Source: Alphaproteobacteria bacterium (lineage in GTDB: Bacteria; Pseudomonadota; Alphaproteobacteria; Bin95). From it: 64,000 bases of DNA. The notes under the pieces are model-generated. The model searched no databases. It had not been told where the DNA came from and was given only the letters and a program-made list of their open reading frames with translations. The stretch lies in contig CAXXWS020000002.1 in NCBI GenBank assembly GCA_963665325.3, positions 832,001-896,000 on the forward strand. Reading direction: 5' to 3'. Position 1 is the stretch's first letter, and the number at the start of each line of letters is the position of its first letter. Shown here piece after piece: positions 1 through 9,744 of the stretch. The translations under genes and the position numbers were made by a program.

Positions 1-135
1 GCGCTCCAGGCGTCGCCAGCCGGCGATGGTGCCCTCGCCGACGCGGAACAGCCGGGCCGCCTCCGCGCGGGTCATCCCCTCCGCCAGCGCCGCCATCACC
101 CGAACACGCAATTCAACGGGCAGCGCTTTCCCCAT
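1..135 (-). mobile_element. 5' end of an IS630-family-like transposase / HTH protein, truncated by window edge
   Basis: Manual translation from ATG at 135: MGKALPVELRVRVMAALAEGMTRAEAARLFRVGEGTIAGWRRLER. This resembles the N-terminal HTH of IS630 transposases. GGAGG SD upstream. Not in the ORF track. Confidence 0.6.
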
Positions 136-174
136 ATCCGCCGAACCTCCCCTGCCTGTTGGCGGTAAGCAGAA

Positions 175-197
175 TAGAACATTATTAGAACATTATA
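175..197 (-). promoter_or_regulatory. Putative alphaproteobacterial LexA (SOS) box overlapping a -10 element
   Basis: GAAC-attatta-GAAC at 177-191 (perfect tandem TAGAACATTAT x2 at 175-196). On the minus strand TATAAT lies at 197-192. Confidence 0.65.
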
Positions 198-273
198 AAG
201 ACATCGCGCAGGCGGCTGCCCCTCTCTGTCTCTTCCCGCAAGCGGGGAGGGGGGTTCCACGGCGCAGGCCGCG

Positions 274-678
274 TCACGGCCAGAGCGCGTCAAGCGGGAA
301 GGCCACCGGCTCGAAGGGGAAAGGACTTCGCACACCTAGTCGGGCGCCAGGGTCAGGTAAGCCGCGTCCGGCGGCTCCGGCATCTGCTCGCGGCGCCAGC
401 CGGTGAGGTCGGGCACCAGGATGTCCTCGCCGAAATGGAGTTCCGGCTCGAAAACGATCCACCAGCCCCCCGGCCCGCGGCGTCCCCGCTGGAGGGGATT
501 GTCGATTTTCTATGCCGAGAGAGGAACCGACGATGGCGTGGCGAAAGGCCGGCCGCGGCTACGTGTGCGACGCCCCCCGGACGATCTCCGCCACCATATG
601 CGCCGGCGCGTCCAGAACGTCCCGGTAGGTCACCTTGCGGGCCGGTCCGGCCCGCCGCAACGCCGCTTTTGCGTTCAT
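274..678 (-). pseudogene. Uma2-family (PDDEXK, DUF820-like) endonuclease pseudogene
   Basis: Pieces in different frames: MNAKAALRRAGPARKVTYRDVLDAPAHMVAEIV..., GGWWIVFEPELHFGEDILVPDLTGWRREQMPEPPDAAYLTLAPD*VCEVLSPS and PFEPVAFPLDALWP*. It has frameshifts, in-frame TAG codons and an internal deletion. Confidence 0.85.
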
Positions 679-945
679 GCTGTCCACTCCGCTCCCCGGT
701 GACGCCACACACTACGCCCGCGCGGTCGGGCTGGCACGGCGGCGGAGCGGAGCTAAAGAATTCAAGGCAGCCTGAGAAGAGTCACCTGAGAGACCGTCGG
801 AGAATCGTATTGGGCTAAAATCCGGTCCGGCCCTGCGTCGTGCCCGGACTCGTTCCATTGCGGTTCGGTTTGCCCGTTGGGCGAAGCCGGTTGGGGATTT
901 TGGGGGCGCGGCGGCCCGTCGATACGCGGCCCGCCCGTCCCGCCC

Positions 946-1266
946 TCAGACCACCGAGTCGAGCCACTGCTTCAGCGCACTCTTGGGCATGGCGCCGACG
1001 CGCTGGGCCACCATCTCCCCGTCCCGGAACACCATGAGCGTCGGGATGCCACGCACGCCGAGCTCGCCGGGGGTCTTCGGGTTGTCGTCGATATCGAGCT
1101 TCACGACATCGAGCCGCTCTTCCATCTCGGCCGCGATATCCTCGAGGAAAGGCGCGATCTGCTTGCAGGGGCCGCACCACTCGGCCCAGAAATCGACCAC
1201 GACGGGCTTGGCCGCCTGCTTTACGTCTACGTCGAAACTTGCATCCGTCGTGTGCCGAGTGGCCAT
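946..1266 (-). CDS. trxA: thioredoxin
   Basis: WCGPC active site, 106 aa, conserved position downstream of addA. Confidence 0.97.
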   Translation of the reverse strand: MATRHTTDASFDVDVKQAAKPVVVDFWAEWCGPCKQIAPFLEDIAAEMEERLDVVKLDIDDNPKTPGELGVRGIPTLMVFRDGEMVAQRVGAMPKSALKQWLDSVV

Positions 1267-1328
1267 TCCCGTCTCTCCTGTGGAGTCGTCCGATCTGCAC
1301 CTTCAAGTGGCTGCAAAGCGGGGTAGCG

Positions 1329-4300
1329 TCAAGGCATATATGGCGCAAGGCAGCTTTCGGGAATCGGCATCAGCAGGGGCTCGTCGGTCCAGAGCAGGGC
1401 CGCGCGCACCGGACGCTCGGGCCGCATCTGCCGCAAGAGTGCGACATAGCGCGCCAATTGCCGCAGATAGCCCACGGGCGCGTCGCTGGGACCGGCCGGC
1501 GGTGCGCGACCGCTCTTGAAATCCACGATCAGGGTTTCCTCCGGCAAGATCGCCAGCCGGTCGATGCGTGCGTTCGCGATCTCGCCGCCGATTCGGCCGA
1601 CCAGCGGCGCTTCCGCCCGGCTGCCGGGGCCGAACACGCGGCGGAAGACGGGATCGTCGAGCACGGCCAGCGCCTCGCGGGCCGTCGCCTCGGCATCGTC
1701 CGCCAGCTCCGGCTCGGCGGCGAGGAACCTGCGGGCGGTTTCGAGCCGCCGGTCGGGCGCAACATCGGGCAGCAACTCCAGCAGCTTGTGGATAGCCTGC
1801 CCCCGCCGGAACCGGCCGGCGGACCTGCCGCGCAGCGGGGAGGCGACCGTGAACGCTTCCTCGTCGCCACCGGGTGGCGCCGCGATCCGACCCGGCGCGG
1901 CGAGCCGCCGCGCCCAGCCAGGCAGGGGAGGGAGAGACCCGCGGTCCCCGGCGGGCTTCTCCGCTTCCGCTTCGGCCGCGCGCCGTTCCATGACCAGAAG
2001 GGCCTCGCCGAAGTCCGGGTCCTCTTCTTCGCTCAGAAGGTCCTGCAGCTTGCCCGACACGACGTTGTACCAACAGTCGTCGGGCAGCTTCCTGCCGCTG
2101 TTGTTCCAGCCGCAGACCACCAGCCGGTCGGCCGCACGCGTCATGGCGACATAGAGCAGGCGTCGATATTCCGCCTCGTCCTCCTCGTCGGCCCTGTCCA
2201 GCAATTCCCTGGAATACGGGTCGATCCGGTCCCTGTTCGTGGATGGCGGCCAGAGCAGTAGATCGCCGTCGCGGTAAAGGGTCCGGCGGCGGCTCGGATG
2301 GGCCGGGGCGGCGGCGGTGTCCGGCAGGATCACCACCGGCGCTTCCAGCCCCTTGGCGCCGTGGACGGTGCTCACCCTCACCTCGTCACGGTCCCGCTGG
2401 TCGAGTTGCCGCTTCACCTCCGCCTCGCCGCTCCGCAGCCATTGCAGGAAGCCCTGAAGGCTCGGCGGGTGGCGGCGCTCATAGTCGAGCGCGGCATTCA
2501 GGAACTCGTCTATCGGGTCGTTGGCCTCCTCGCCGAGGCGCGCCGCGATCTTCCGGCGGAGGCCGCCTTCCGCCAGCAGGTCCGCAAAGAAGGCATGGAC
2601 GCCGACATAGTCGGCCTTGCCGAGCAGCGCGCTGAGCGCCTCGAAGCAGGGACCGAAGCGCGCCGTCTCCCGGCACTTGCCGAGCGCGGCCCAGAGTGTG
2701 CCCTTCCGGCCGTGGGCCAGCTCGAACAGCGCCTCGTCGTCGAACCCGAACAGCGGTCCTTTCAGCACCGTCGCGAGCGTCAGGTCGTCATCCGGCAGCA
2801 GGACGAAATCGCCGATGGCGGCGAGGTCCATCACGGCAAGTTCGTCGGTCAGCGTCATGCGGTCCACGCCGGCGACGGGCACGCCCGCCTGCTTCAGCGC
2901 CGCAATGACGCGGGGGATGAAGGCCCGGCCCGAGCGGCGCGGGAGCAGGATCATGATATCGCCCGGCCGCATGGGCCGGCCGCCGGACGCTACCGGCTCG
3001 CCGTGCGTGAGCCAGCTTGCAATGCGCCGGGCGACACGGTCGGCAAGGGCGGTTTCTGCAGCGTCCTCGCGGAGATAGTGAGTGGGCGGCTCGAACGGGT
3101 CTCCCGCTTCGCCCTTCTCGCCCATTTCAAGCGGCCAGACCTCGACGCGGCCGCCGGCGCCGCTGCGGCTCGGCTTGTGGACGGGCGCCGGGCCTTCAAG
3201 GCCGAGTCCGTGCTCGCCGGAGAACACCGCGTCCACGGCTTCCAGAAGGACGGGCGCAGCGCGGAAGGAGACCTCCAGCGGGACATTCTCCCAGCGCCGC
3301 CCGGCGTCCAGCGCACGCGTCTCGAAGCGCTGGCGCATCTCCTCGAATTTCTTCGGCTCAGCGCCCTGGAAGCGGAAGATCGACTGCTTAGGGTCGCCCA
3401 CGGCGAAGAGCGTGCGCGTCTCTTCGCTCGCACCCTCGCCGGCGAAGAACTCCTGCGTCAGCGCCCCGACAAGCTCCCATTGCGTGGGGCCGGTGTCCTG
3501 CGCCTCGTCGATCAGCACATGGTCGATGCCCCGGTCCAGCTTGTAGTGTACCCAGGCGGCGGAATAGGTGCGCAGCAGGCTGAGCGCGCGTTCGATCAGG
3601 TCGTCGTAGTCGAGCAGCCCGGCCCGGCCCTTGGACCGCCGGTATTCGCTGTCCACGGCCTCGCCAAGCGCCAGCGCCGCCTCGGATGCCCTGAGCGTGG
3701 CTTCGATCCGGCGGTATTCGTGCAGCCGCTCGATCCGCTTGCGCTCGTCGGTCAGCAGGCCCGGCAGGGCTTCGCCTCCGGCAAGCTTCGCCGAACCGAT
3801 CCTGTCCCGCCGCTCGCCGTCCGACTTGAAGAAGACCTTGTAGACCTCCTCGATATCGTCATTGGAAGGCTCGTCGGTCTTCGCCCAGTGCCGCAGCCTT
3901 GCGGCGTGCTGCTTGTCGGTTACGCCCCCGCCCGCCAGGACAGACGCGGCTTCCCGGAGCGCCTTTATCCCTTTCTTGGTACGCTTGGGAACGTCCGGCA
4001 GGACCAGCTTCGCTTCCAGCGCGGCGAGGGCTTGCGGACCGAAGGCGCTGCGATTGCCCAGCAATTCGGCGATGAAGGCGCGGATATTGTATTCCGACAG
4101 ATTGTCGGCGATCTCGGCGATGGCTTCGTCGATTTTTTCGTCATGCCGTTCCAGCACGGCGTCCCGCGCGCCCGCCTGTCTCGCCTGTGTCTCGCGCTCG
4201 TCGGCAAGCTGGAACCAGGGCGAGATTCCAGCCTCGATGGGGAAGCGCCCGAGCAGGCCCTGGCAGAAGGCGTGGATCGTGTCGATGCGAAGCCCGACCG

Positions 4301-4661
4301 GCGCATCGACCGTGCGGGCGAAGAGACGTCTTGCGCGGTTCTTCGTTTCTCCGTCCGGGGCCCTGGCGCCCAGCCGGGCCAGAGCCGTGTCGAGCTCTTC
4401 GTCCGGGGCCGTTGCCCAGCCGGCCAGCTCGCGCTCTATGCGGATGCGCATTTCGGCAGCGGCGGCGCGGGTGTAGGTGAGGCAGAGGATGCGTTCCGGC
4501 AAGACGCCCCGGAGCAGCAGCGCCAGCACACGGTCCGCAAGCACCTTGGTCTTGCCGGAACCCGCATTCGCGTCCACCCAGGCGGACGCCTCCGGATCGG
4601 CGGCCCGGCGCTGCTGTGCGGTCGCGGCCTCGACGGCCGGGTTCAGACCCGCCTGGACCAT
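1329..4661 (-). CDS. addA: double-strand break repair helicase-nuclease AddA
   Basis: Walker A ANAGSGKT, DEAQDT, STVHGAKGLE, LLYVAMTRA and C-terminal RIDRL...IVDFKS nuclease motif. Confidence 0.95.
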   Translation of the reverse strand: MVQAGLNPAVEAATAQQRRAADPEASAWVDANAGSGKTKVLADRVLALLLRGVLPERILCLTYTRAAAAEMRIRIERELAGWATAPDEELDTALARLGARAPDGETKNRARRLFARTVDAPVGLRIDTIHAFCQGLLGRFPIEAGISPWFQLADERETQARQAGARDAVLERHDEKIDEAIAEIADNLSEYNIRAFIAELLGNRSAFGPQALAALEAKLVLPDVPKRTKKGIKALREAASVLAGGGVTDKQHAARLRHWAKTDEPSNDDIEEVYKVFFKSDGERRDRIGSAKLAGGEALPGLLTDERKRIERLHEYRRIEATLRASEAALALGEAVDSEYRRSKGRAGLLDYDDLIERALSLLRTYSAAWVHYKLDRGIDHVLIDEAQDTGPTQWELVGALTQEFFAGEGASEETRTLFAVGDPKQSIFRFQGAEPKKFEEMRQRFETRALDAGRRWENVPLEVSFRAAPVLLEAVDAVFSGEHGLGLEGPAPVHKPSRSGAGGRVEVWPLEMGEKGEAGDPFEPPTHYLREDAAETALADRVARRIASWLTHGEPVASGGRPMRPGDIMILLPRRSGRAFIPRVIAALKQAGVPVAGVDRMTLTDELAVMDLAAIGDFVLLPDDDLTLATVLKGPLFGFDDEALFELAHGRKGTLWAALGKCRETARFGPCFEALSALLGKADYVGVHAFFADLLAEGGLRRKIAARLGEEANDPIDEFLNAALDYERRHPPSLQGFLQWLRSGEAEVKRQLDQRDRDEVRVSTVHGAKGLEAPVVILPDTAAAPAHPSRRRTLYRDGDLLLWPPSTNRDRIDPYSRELLDRADEEDEAEYRRLLYVAMTRAADRLVVCGWNNSGRKLPDDCWYNVVSGKLQDLLSEEEDPDFGEALLVMERRAAEAEAEKPAGDRGSLPPLPGWARRLAAPGRIAAPPGGDEEAFTVASPLRGRSAGRFRRGQAIHKLLELLPDVAPDRRLETARRFLAAEPELADDAEATAREALAVLDDPVFRRVFGPGSRAEAPLVGRIGGEIANARIDRLAILPEETLIVDFKSGRAPPAGPSDAPVGYLRQLARYVALLRQMRPERPVRAALLWTDEPLLMPIPESCLAPYMP

Positions 4662-7552
4662 TCGTCCTTCCTCGAAAGATGCCGGTAGTCGTTCCAGGTT
4701 CCGGCGAATTCCGGCCTCGGCTCCGCAAGATAGGGCATGGCCTCCTCGTCGAAGGCGGCAACGAAGCGTCGGAGGCCTTCATCCGTCGCCTCGACGAGCG
4801 CCCCGGCATTGTAGGGCGCGCGCTGCTTGCCCTCGGCGGCCTTTGCCGTCGCAATCACGGTCGGCGCGGGCCGGTCGGACCTGCCGCCGCCGGTGCGCCA
4901 GTATTCGAGCGCAGCGGCGTCACCGGCCGGGCAATCGGGAAAGCCGCCGGCTGCGGCGATCATGGCTTCAATGGGCAACTGCCGCGCCGTTCCCGTGACG
5001 ACAGCTTTTGCCGAGGGCGGATTGCCGGACTTGTAATCGACGATGACGAGCCCGCCGCCGGCCCGCAGTTCCACGCGGTCCGCGCGTGCCGTGAGGATGA
5101 AGGGACCTGCCGGGCCATCGAGCCGTGTCTCGCCCGCGATTTCGGTCAGGATACGCTCGATGCCGGGCCGGCGCTCCGTCTCGACGGTCCAGACGTTCCG
5201 CGCCGCGCGTTCGAACCGTCGGTTCCAGAACGTGTCTGCCAGCGGACGGTCCCGGAACCGGGCGAACGCCTCTTCGCCGATGACGAGCAGACGGTTCCAG
5301 GCCTGGTCCGGCAGGTCCGGTCCCGGATATTCGCGCATGAAGCGCTCCAGCGCCTCGTGGATCGTCGAACCGAACTCGCGCGCCTCCGGGTCGGCGTCGA
5401 TGGGGTCGAGCGGGCGCAAGCCGAGAATCTGCCGAGCGTAGATGCTGTAGGGGTCCTGGAGCCAGGTCACGACGCGGGTGGCGGAAAGCTTGCGGGGGCG
5501 GGCCGCCACGGGCGGGCAGGGCTTCGGCGGGCCGGCCGGCTGCACGCTTTCCGGCCTGTCCAATTCCGCCTGCCAGGCGGCCCAGCGCCGGTCCTCGATA
5601 TCGCGCCCGAGGGCCCGAGCCACGGTTTCCAGCCGTTGCAGCCAGGGGGAGGGCACGGTCGGGTCGGTGCCCACCCGTTCGGAGCGCGTCAGGATGACCT
5701 CCCCCGAGTGGAGCGCCTGGGCGAAGTCGTGCGCCGCCAGACCCTGCCGGGTTTCGGCCGCCGGCAGGCCGAATTGCGCGCGCATTTCGCGGCTCATCCA
5801 CGGGTCGGCCGACGGCTCGGCTGGCCATGCGCCCTGGTTCAGCCCGGCGAGGATCAGGCGGTCGGCGCGCTGCAGCCGCGCTTCCAGAGGACCCAGAATG
5901 GCGAAGGCCGGATGGCGGGTGCGCGGCATGCGCACCGTCTGCCCGGCGGCCAGCTCGTCGAACAGCGCGGCATAGTCGGCGGACTCGACCGACGGCCAGA
6001 CGGCCGCCGCCGCCTCAAGGTCCGCCAACAGCGCCGCCGCCGCTTCTCCGTCGGCGCCGCGCCAGAGGCGGGTTTCGCCCGCGAGGTTCTCGGCCACGCC
6101 GACATGCGCCGCCAGCAGGTCCGCTAGCGGCGCCTCTCGCCGTTGCTGGAGCGCTCGCAGCGGCTCGAAGGCGCGGGCAATCCGGCGCGCCGTCTCCGCA
6201 ACCCGTTCGTCCTCCGAGGCGTCTGCGGCTTTCAGCAGCCCGTCCAGCCCGTTGCCGGGGCGCGGGCCGCGCAGCAGCTTGCGCTCCAGTCTGCGAACCG
6301 CGCGCCGAAACTGCACAGGCTCCACGCCGCAGGCCGCAAGCGGATGCTTGAGCGCGGCGAGCAGTTCTGCGGGAGCGAAATCCGTCGCCGCTGCGTGGGC
6401 GGTGAGGCGCAGGAAAGCGCCTGTGGGTGTCCTGCCGAGCGGTATGCCGGCGCTGTCGTCCGCCATCAGGCCCCAACGGCCGAGTTCCACGGATACCCGC
6501 CGGGCGAGGTCCCGGTCCGGTGTCACGAGGGCGGCGCTCTCGCCGCGTTCCAACGCCTCGCGCAGCATGAGGGCGATGGCGCCGGCTTCTGCGGCGGGAT
6601 TGGCGAAGCGTGCGGCGGTCATCCCTTCCGCGCCTTCGCCGAGTTCCGGCGCGAGGCTCTGCCAGGCTTCGGTCGTCTCCGCCGGCCGCATGGCTTCCGC
6701 GACGAGCAGGCTACGGGGCAGGGGGCAAGGCGCCGGCCAGTCCGGCACCGCGGCGCGCTCCACATCGAGCCGGTCGAGCAGCTGTTTCAGTGCCCATTGC
6801 GGGTGCCCTTGTTCGAGCGCCTCCCAGCCCGTGTCGTCGAGATGGCGGTCGAGGCCCGGCAGCACGACGAGGCCTTGCGGCATGGCGGCGATGCAGGCCA
6901 GCAGGTCCGCCGTTGCCGGCATGATGCCGGTGGAGCCGGCGGCGATGACGCGCCCCGTCGGCGGCGTCTTCCGCCAGAGCGCGATCTGGGCCTCGTAGAG
7001 CCTGTTGCGGCGGTCGATGGGGTCGAGCCGACCCTGCTCCTCCAGGATCGCCGGCCAGGCCTTCGTGACGATGGCGAGAAAGTCCAGTGTCTCCTGCCAG
7101 TGCTCCGCAAACTCCTCCGCCACCAGCGTTTCGAGGCCGCTGAAATCCAGTCGGTTGAATTGCACCTCGTCGATCAGCCGGGCGAGCGCTCCGGCAAGTT
7201 GCAGGGCGCGGTCGGGGGGGATTGCGCCTTCCCGCTGCATGACCAGCCGGGCCAGCAGCAGGCGGCGGTTGAGCGCCGGGATCGCAGGCTTCAGGCTGAG
7301 GTCGTCGGCGAGCCCGGGTTCGGCTTCGGCGCGGATGGCGATTTCGTCGGCGTCCAGCTCCCCGAGGGAGAGGATGCGCGGCAGCAGCAGCGTGTCGCCG
7401 CCCGCCGCATCTGCGAACGCCTCGACGAGCGCGCGCCCGGCGCGGTGCGTCGGCAGGAGCACCGTGTCCTCCGCCAGCGTCGGGCTATCGATCAGCGCGC
7501 CAGCGAGGGTTTCCAAGAAGGATGCGCCGGCGGGGATGGAAACGACATTCAT
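4643..7552 (-). CDS. addB: double-strand break repair protein AddB
   Basis: Start MNVVSIPAGASFL at 7552 (ATGA overlap with murU stop). LLPTHRA, AAGSTG, DPYSIYAR and ARADRVE..IVDYKS nuclease motifs. Confidence 0.93.
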   Translation of the reverse strand: MNVVSIPAGASFLETLAGALIDSPTLAEDTVLLPTHRAGRALVEAFADAAGGDTLLLPRILSLGELDADEIAIRAEAEPGLADDLSLKPAIPALNRRLLLARLVMQREGAIPPDRALQLAGALARLIDEVQFNRLDFSGLETLVAEEFAEHWQETLDFLAIVTKAWPAILEEQGRLDPIDRRNRLYEAQIALWRKTPPTGRVIAAGSTGIMPATADLLACIAAMPQGLVVLPGLDRHLDDTGWEALEQGHPQWALKQLLDRLDVERAAVPDWPAPCPLPRSLLVAEAMRPAETTEAWQSLAPELGEGAEGMTAARFANPAAEAGAIALMLREALERGESAALVTPDRDLARRVSVELGRWGLMADDSAGIPLGRTPTGAFLRLTAHAAATDFAPAELLAALKHPLAACGVEPVQFRRAVRRLERKLLRGPRPGNGLDGLLKAADASEDERVAETARRIARAFEPLRALQQRREAPLADLLAAHVGVAENLAGETRLWRGADGEAAAALLADLEAAAAVWPSVESADYAALFDELAAGQTVRMPRTRHPAFAILGPLEARLQRADRLILAGLNQGAWPAEPSADPWMSREMRAQFGLPAAETRQGLAAHDFAQALHSGEVILTRSERVGTDPTVPSPWLQRLETVARALGRDIEDRRWAAWQAELDRPESVQPAGPPKPCPPVAARPRKLSATRVVTWLQDPYSIYARQILGLRPLDPIDADPEAREFGSTIHEALERFMREYPGPDLPDQAWNRLLVIGEEAFARFRDRPLADTFWNRRFERAARNVWTVETERRPGIERILTEIAGETRLDGPAGPFILTARADRVELRAGGGLVIVDYKSGNPPSAKAVVTGTARQLPIEAMIAAAGGFPDCPAGDAAALEYWRTGGGRSDRPAPTVIATAKAAEGKQRAPYNAGALVEATDEGLRRFVAAFDEEAMPYLAEPRPEFAGTWNDYRHLSRKDEWSRRV

Positions 7553-8256
7553 GAGCTTGCAAGCATAGCCTCGGCATGGGCGAGGCGCACCGGCGTGCCG
7601 GCGTCCAGCCAGATGCCCTCGCACACCAGCCCGAAAAGCCGCCCGTCCCCTTCAGCCTTGTCATAGGCGCGCGTCAACCGCCAGGCGCCGGCCGGCGGAT
7701 CGTCGAACAGGCAGGGAGCCAGGATTTGCGCGCCGGTGAAGAGGTAGGCGGCCCTCTCCGGGTCCCGCCGCCGGCAAAGCCGCCCGTCGGAGGCGAGGTG
7801 GAAGTCGCCCGCTCCGTCGTAGCGGACAGCCCGACCGGTCGGGTAGAGCAACAGCAGCGCGTCCATCCGGCGGGGGTCGAACCCGGCAGCAAGCCGCAGA
7901 AGCCATTCGGCGCCGTCCGGCCCCCACACGAGGTCGGAGTTGATGACAAGAAACGGGCCGGCGCCAAGCAGCGCGCGCGCAAGGGCGACGCCACCGCCGG
8001 TCTCCAGCCGCTCCGGCTCGCGGGAGATGCGGATTTGCGGCCGCGTCCGCGCGGCCAGATGGGCCTCGATCTCCTCCGCGCGGTGGTGGGTGTTGACCAC
8101 GGCGCGTGCGACCCCGGCCTTGTCGAGCAGGTCAAGCGCGCGGTCGATCAGCGCCCTGCCGCCCACCTGCCGGAGCGGCTTCGGCGGCCCGTCCCCCAGC
8201 CGCGAGCCGAGCCCTGCGGCCAGCACCATGGCGGTATCCGGCACCGCACCCGTCAT
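7549..8256 (-). CDS. murU: N-acetylmuramate alpha-1-phosphate uridylyltransferase (nucleotidyltransferase)
   Basis: MVLAAGLGSRL..PKPL and LETGGG motifs; coupled to amgK. Confidence 0.85.
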   Translation of the reverse strand: MTGAVPDTAMVLAAGLGSRLGDGPPKPLRQVGGRALIDRALDLLDKAGVARAVVNTHHRAEEIEAHLAARTRPQIRISREPERLETGGGVALARALLGAGPFLVINSDLVWGPDGAEWLLRLAAGFDPRRMDALLLLYPTGRAVRYDGAGDFHLASDGRLCRRRDPERAAYLFTGAQILAPCLFDDPPAGAWRLTRAYDKAEGDGRLFGLVCEGIWLDAGTPVRLAHAEAMLASS

Positions 8257-9230
8257 TCGGAAACCGGCGGAATGCGGAGATCGGCGGAGACATTGCGGCG
8301 GAACCAGGCCGCCAGCGGCTCCAACGCGGGGTGAGCGAGGTTGCGCTCCAGCATCCGCCGCAGCCGGGGCAAGTGGCGCATATAGCCGGGTTTGCCGTCG
8401 CGCCGCGCAAGGCGCATGAAGGTGCCGAGCACGCGGATATGCCGCTGGGCCCCGAGAACCGCGATGTCGCGGTCCAGCTCCACGGCGCCCGGAAAGGCCG
8501 CGCGGTAGCGCGCCAGGACAGCCTCGCGAACGCTCTCGTCCACATCGCGCCTTGCGTCCTCGATCAGCGAGGCGAGGTCGTAGGCGGCCGGGCCGCGGGC
8601 GGCGTCCTGAAAGTCGAGCAGGCCACAGGCTGCCGTGCCGATCCTCCCGTCCAGCCGGATCAGGTTGTCCACGTGGTAGTCGCGCAGCATCAGGGTCTCG
8701 GGTCCGGCCAGCGCAGGCGCCAGCGCCTGCCGCATGGCCGCACGGAAACTTTCGCGGTCGGGCGCCTCCCTTCCGGCAGCCGGCAGGTACCAGTCCAGGA
8801 AGAGCTCCGCACCGGCCAGGAACCTGTCTTGGCCGAAGGCCGGGCATCCGTCTGCCGCGTCGGGACGGCGTTGCAGGGCGATCAGCGCGTCGGCCGCGAG
8901 CAGGTAGAGCTCTTCCTCGCTTTCGCCGCGTTCCAGCAGCCGGGTAAAGGTGTCGTCGCCGAAATCCTCCAGCAGCAGCAGCCCATGCTCGGAATCGGCC
9001 CGAAAGACCTGCGGCGCGGAAAGATCGAGTTCCCTGAGCCGGGCCGCGACCGCCACGAAAGGCCTCACATCCTCCTCGGGCGGCGGCGCGTCCATCAGCA
9101 TGGCGGTCTCGCCATTTCGCCTGAGCCGGACATAGCGGCGGAAGGAAGCATCGCCCGCCAGGGGCTCGCGCCGGGCGTTGACCCAGCCGGCTTCCGCCAG
9201 AAAGGCCGAGACGACCGCCGACCGGTTCAC
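8253..9230 (-). CDS. amgK: anomeric MurNAc/GlcNAc kinase (APH-like phosphotransferase)
   Basis: LAGDASFRRY, LRDYHVDNL and LLDFQDA motifs; GTG start overlapping tsaE stop. Confidence 0.85.
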   Translation of the reverse strand: MNRSAVVSAFLAEAGWVNARREPLAGDASFRRYVRLRRNGETAMLMDAPPPEEDVRPFVAVAARLRELDLSAPQVFRADSEHGLLLLEDFGDDTFTRLLERGESEEELYLLAADALIALQRRPDAADGCPAFGQDRFLAGAELFLDWYLPAAGREAPDRESFRAAMRQALAPALAGPETLMLRDYHVDNLIRLDGRIGTAACGLLDFQDAARGPAAYDLASLIEDARRDVDESVREAVLARYRAAFPGAVELDRDIAVLGAQRHIRVLGTFMRLARRDGKPGYMRHLPRLRRMLERNLAHPALEPLAAWFRRNVSADLRIPPVSE

Positions 9231-9667
9231 CGGCGGTCCTCGATCCGCGCCCGCCTCGCCTCTCCGCAGGCGATCTCGAAGGCAATATCCAGCCGCCGGT
9301 CCGGCAGGAAGCCGCCGAGGCGCTCCGGCCACTCGACCAGCGCCATGCCCTCGCCGAGCGCCTGTTCCAGCCCGAGTTCCACCGCTTCCTCGGGCGCGGC
9401 AAGCCGGTAGCAGTCGAAATGCCAGACCGGCGGCGCCGGAAACTCATAGACCTGCACCAGCGTGAAGGTCGGGCTCGGCACGGTTTCGGGCTCGATGCCG
9501 GCGTCCCGCTGGCGGCCCTGGATGAGCGCGCGCGCAAAGGCCGTTTTGCCAACTCCGATACTGCCGATCAGACCCACGGCGTCGCCTGTCCGCAGCGAGG
9601 CCGCGACCCGCCGGGCGAGCCGACCGGTCGCGGCAAGATCGGGTAGATCGACGGCTTCGGGCAGCAT
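9227..9667 (-). CDS. tsaE: tRNA threonylcarbamoyladenosine biosynthesis ATPase
   Basis: GSIGVGKT P-loop, VPSPTFTLVQVY, HFDCYRL, VEWP. Confidence 0.93.
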   Translation of the reverse strand: MLPEAVDLPDLAATGRLARRVAASLRTGDAVGLIGSIGVGKTAFARALIQGRQRDAGIEPETVPSPTFTLVQVYEFPAPPVWHFDCYRLAAPEEAVELGLEQALGEGMALVEWPERLGGFLPDRRLDIAFEIACGEARRARIEDRR

Positions 9668-9744
9668 GGCGGCGGGACTTGATCGGGCGAGATGCGGCTT
9701 CCATGATAGTGGGCGCGGCGGCGCCCTCCAATCCCGGAGCATGT

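Noticed and set aside
765-800. Glycine riboswitch suggested by two CTCAGG motifs on the minus strand
   Set aside because: They are only about 14 nt apart, there are no GGAGA/CCGAAG aptamer elements, and the downstream gene is unrelated.
2298-7666. Long plus-strand ORFs (796, 503, 507 aa) opposite addA/addB, and similar antisense ORFs throughout the window
   Set aside because: Typical high-GC shadow ORFs antisense to well-supported genes, with no recognisable motifs.
7549-9552. Apparent long fusions (667-aa murU ORF, 837-aa CoA-transferase ORF, 752-aa rhodanese ORF, 610-aa LLM ORF)
   Set aside because: The N-terminal extensions are off-frame or antisense read-through of neighbouring genes; the real starts lie downstream.
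946-9667. tsaE-amgK-murU-addB-addA-trxA cluster as a novel system
   Set aside because: This is a well-known conserved alphaproteobacterial gene order.
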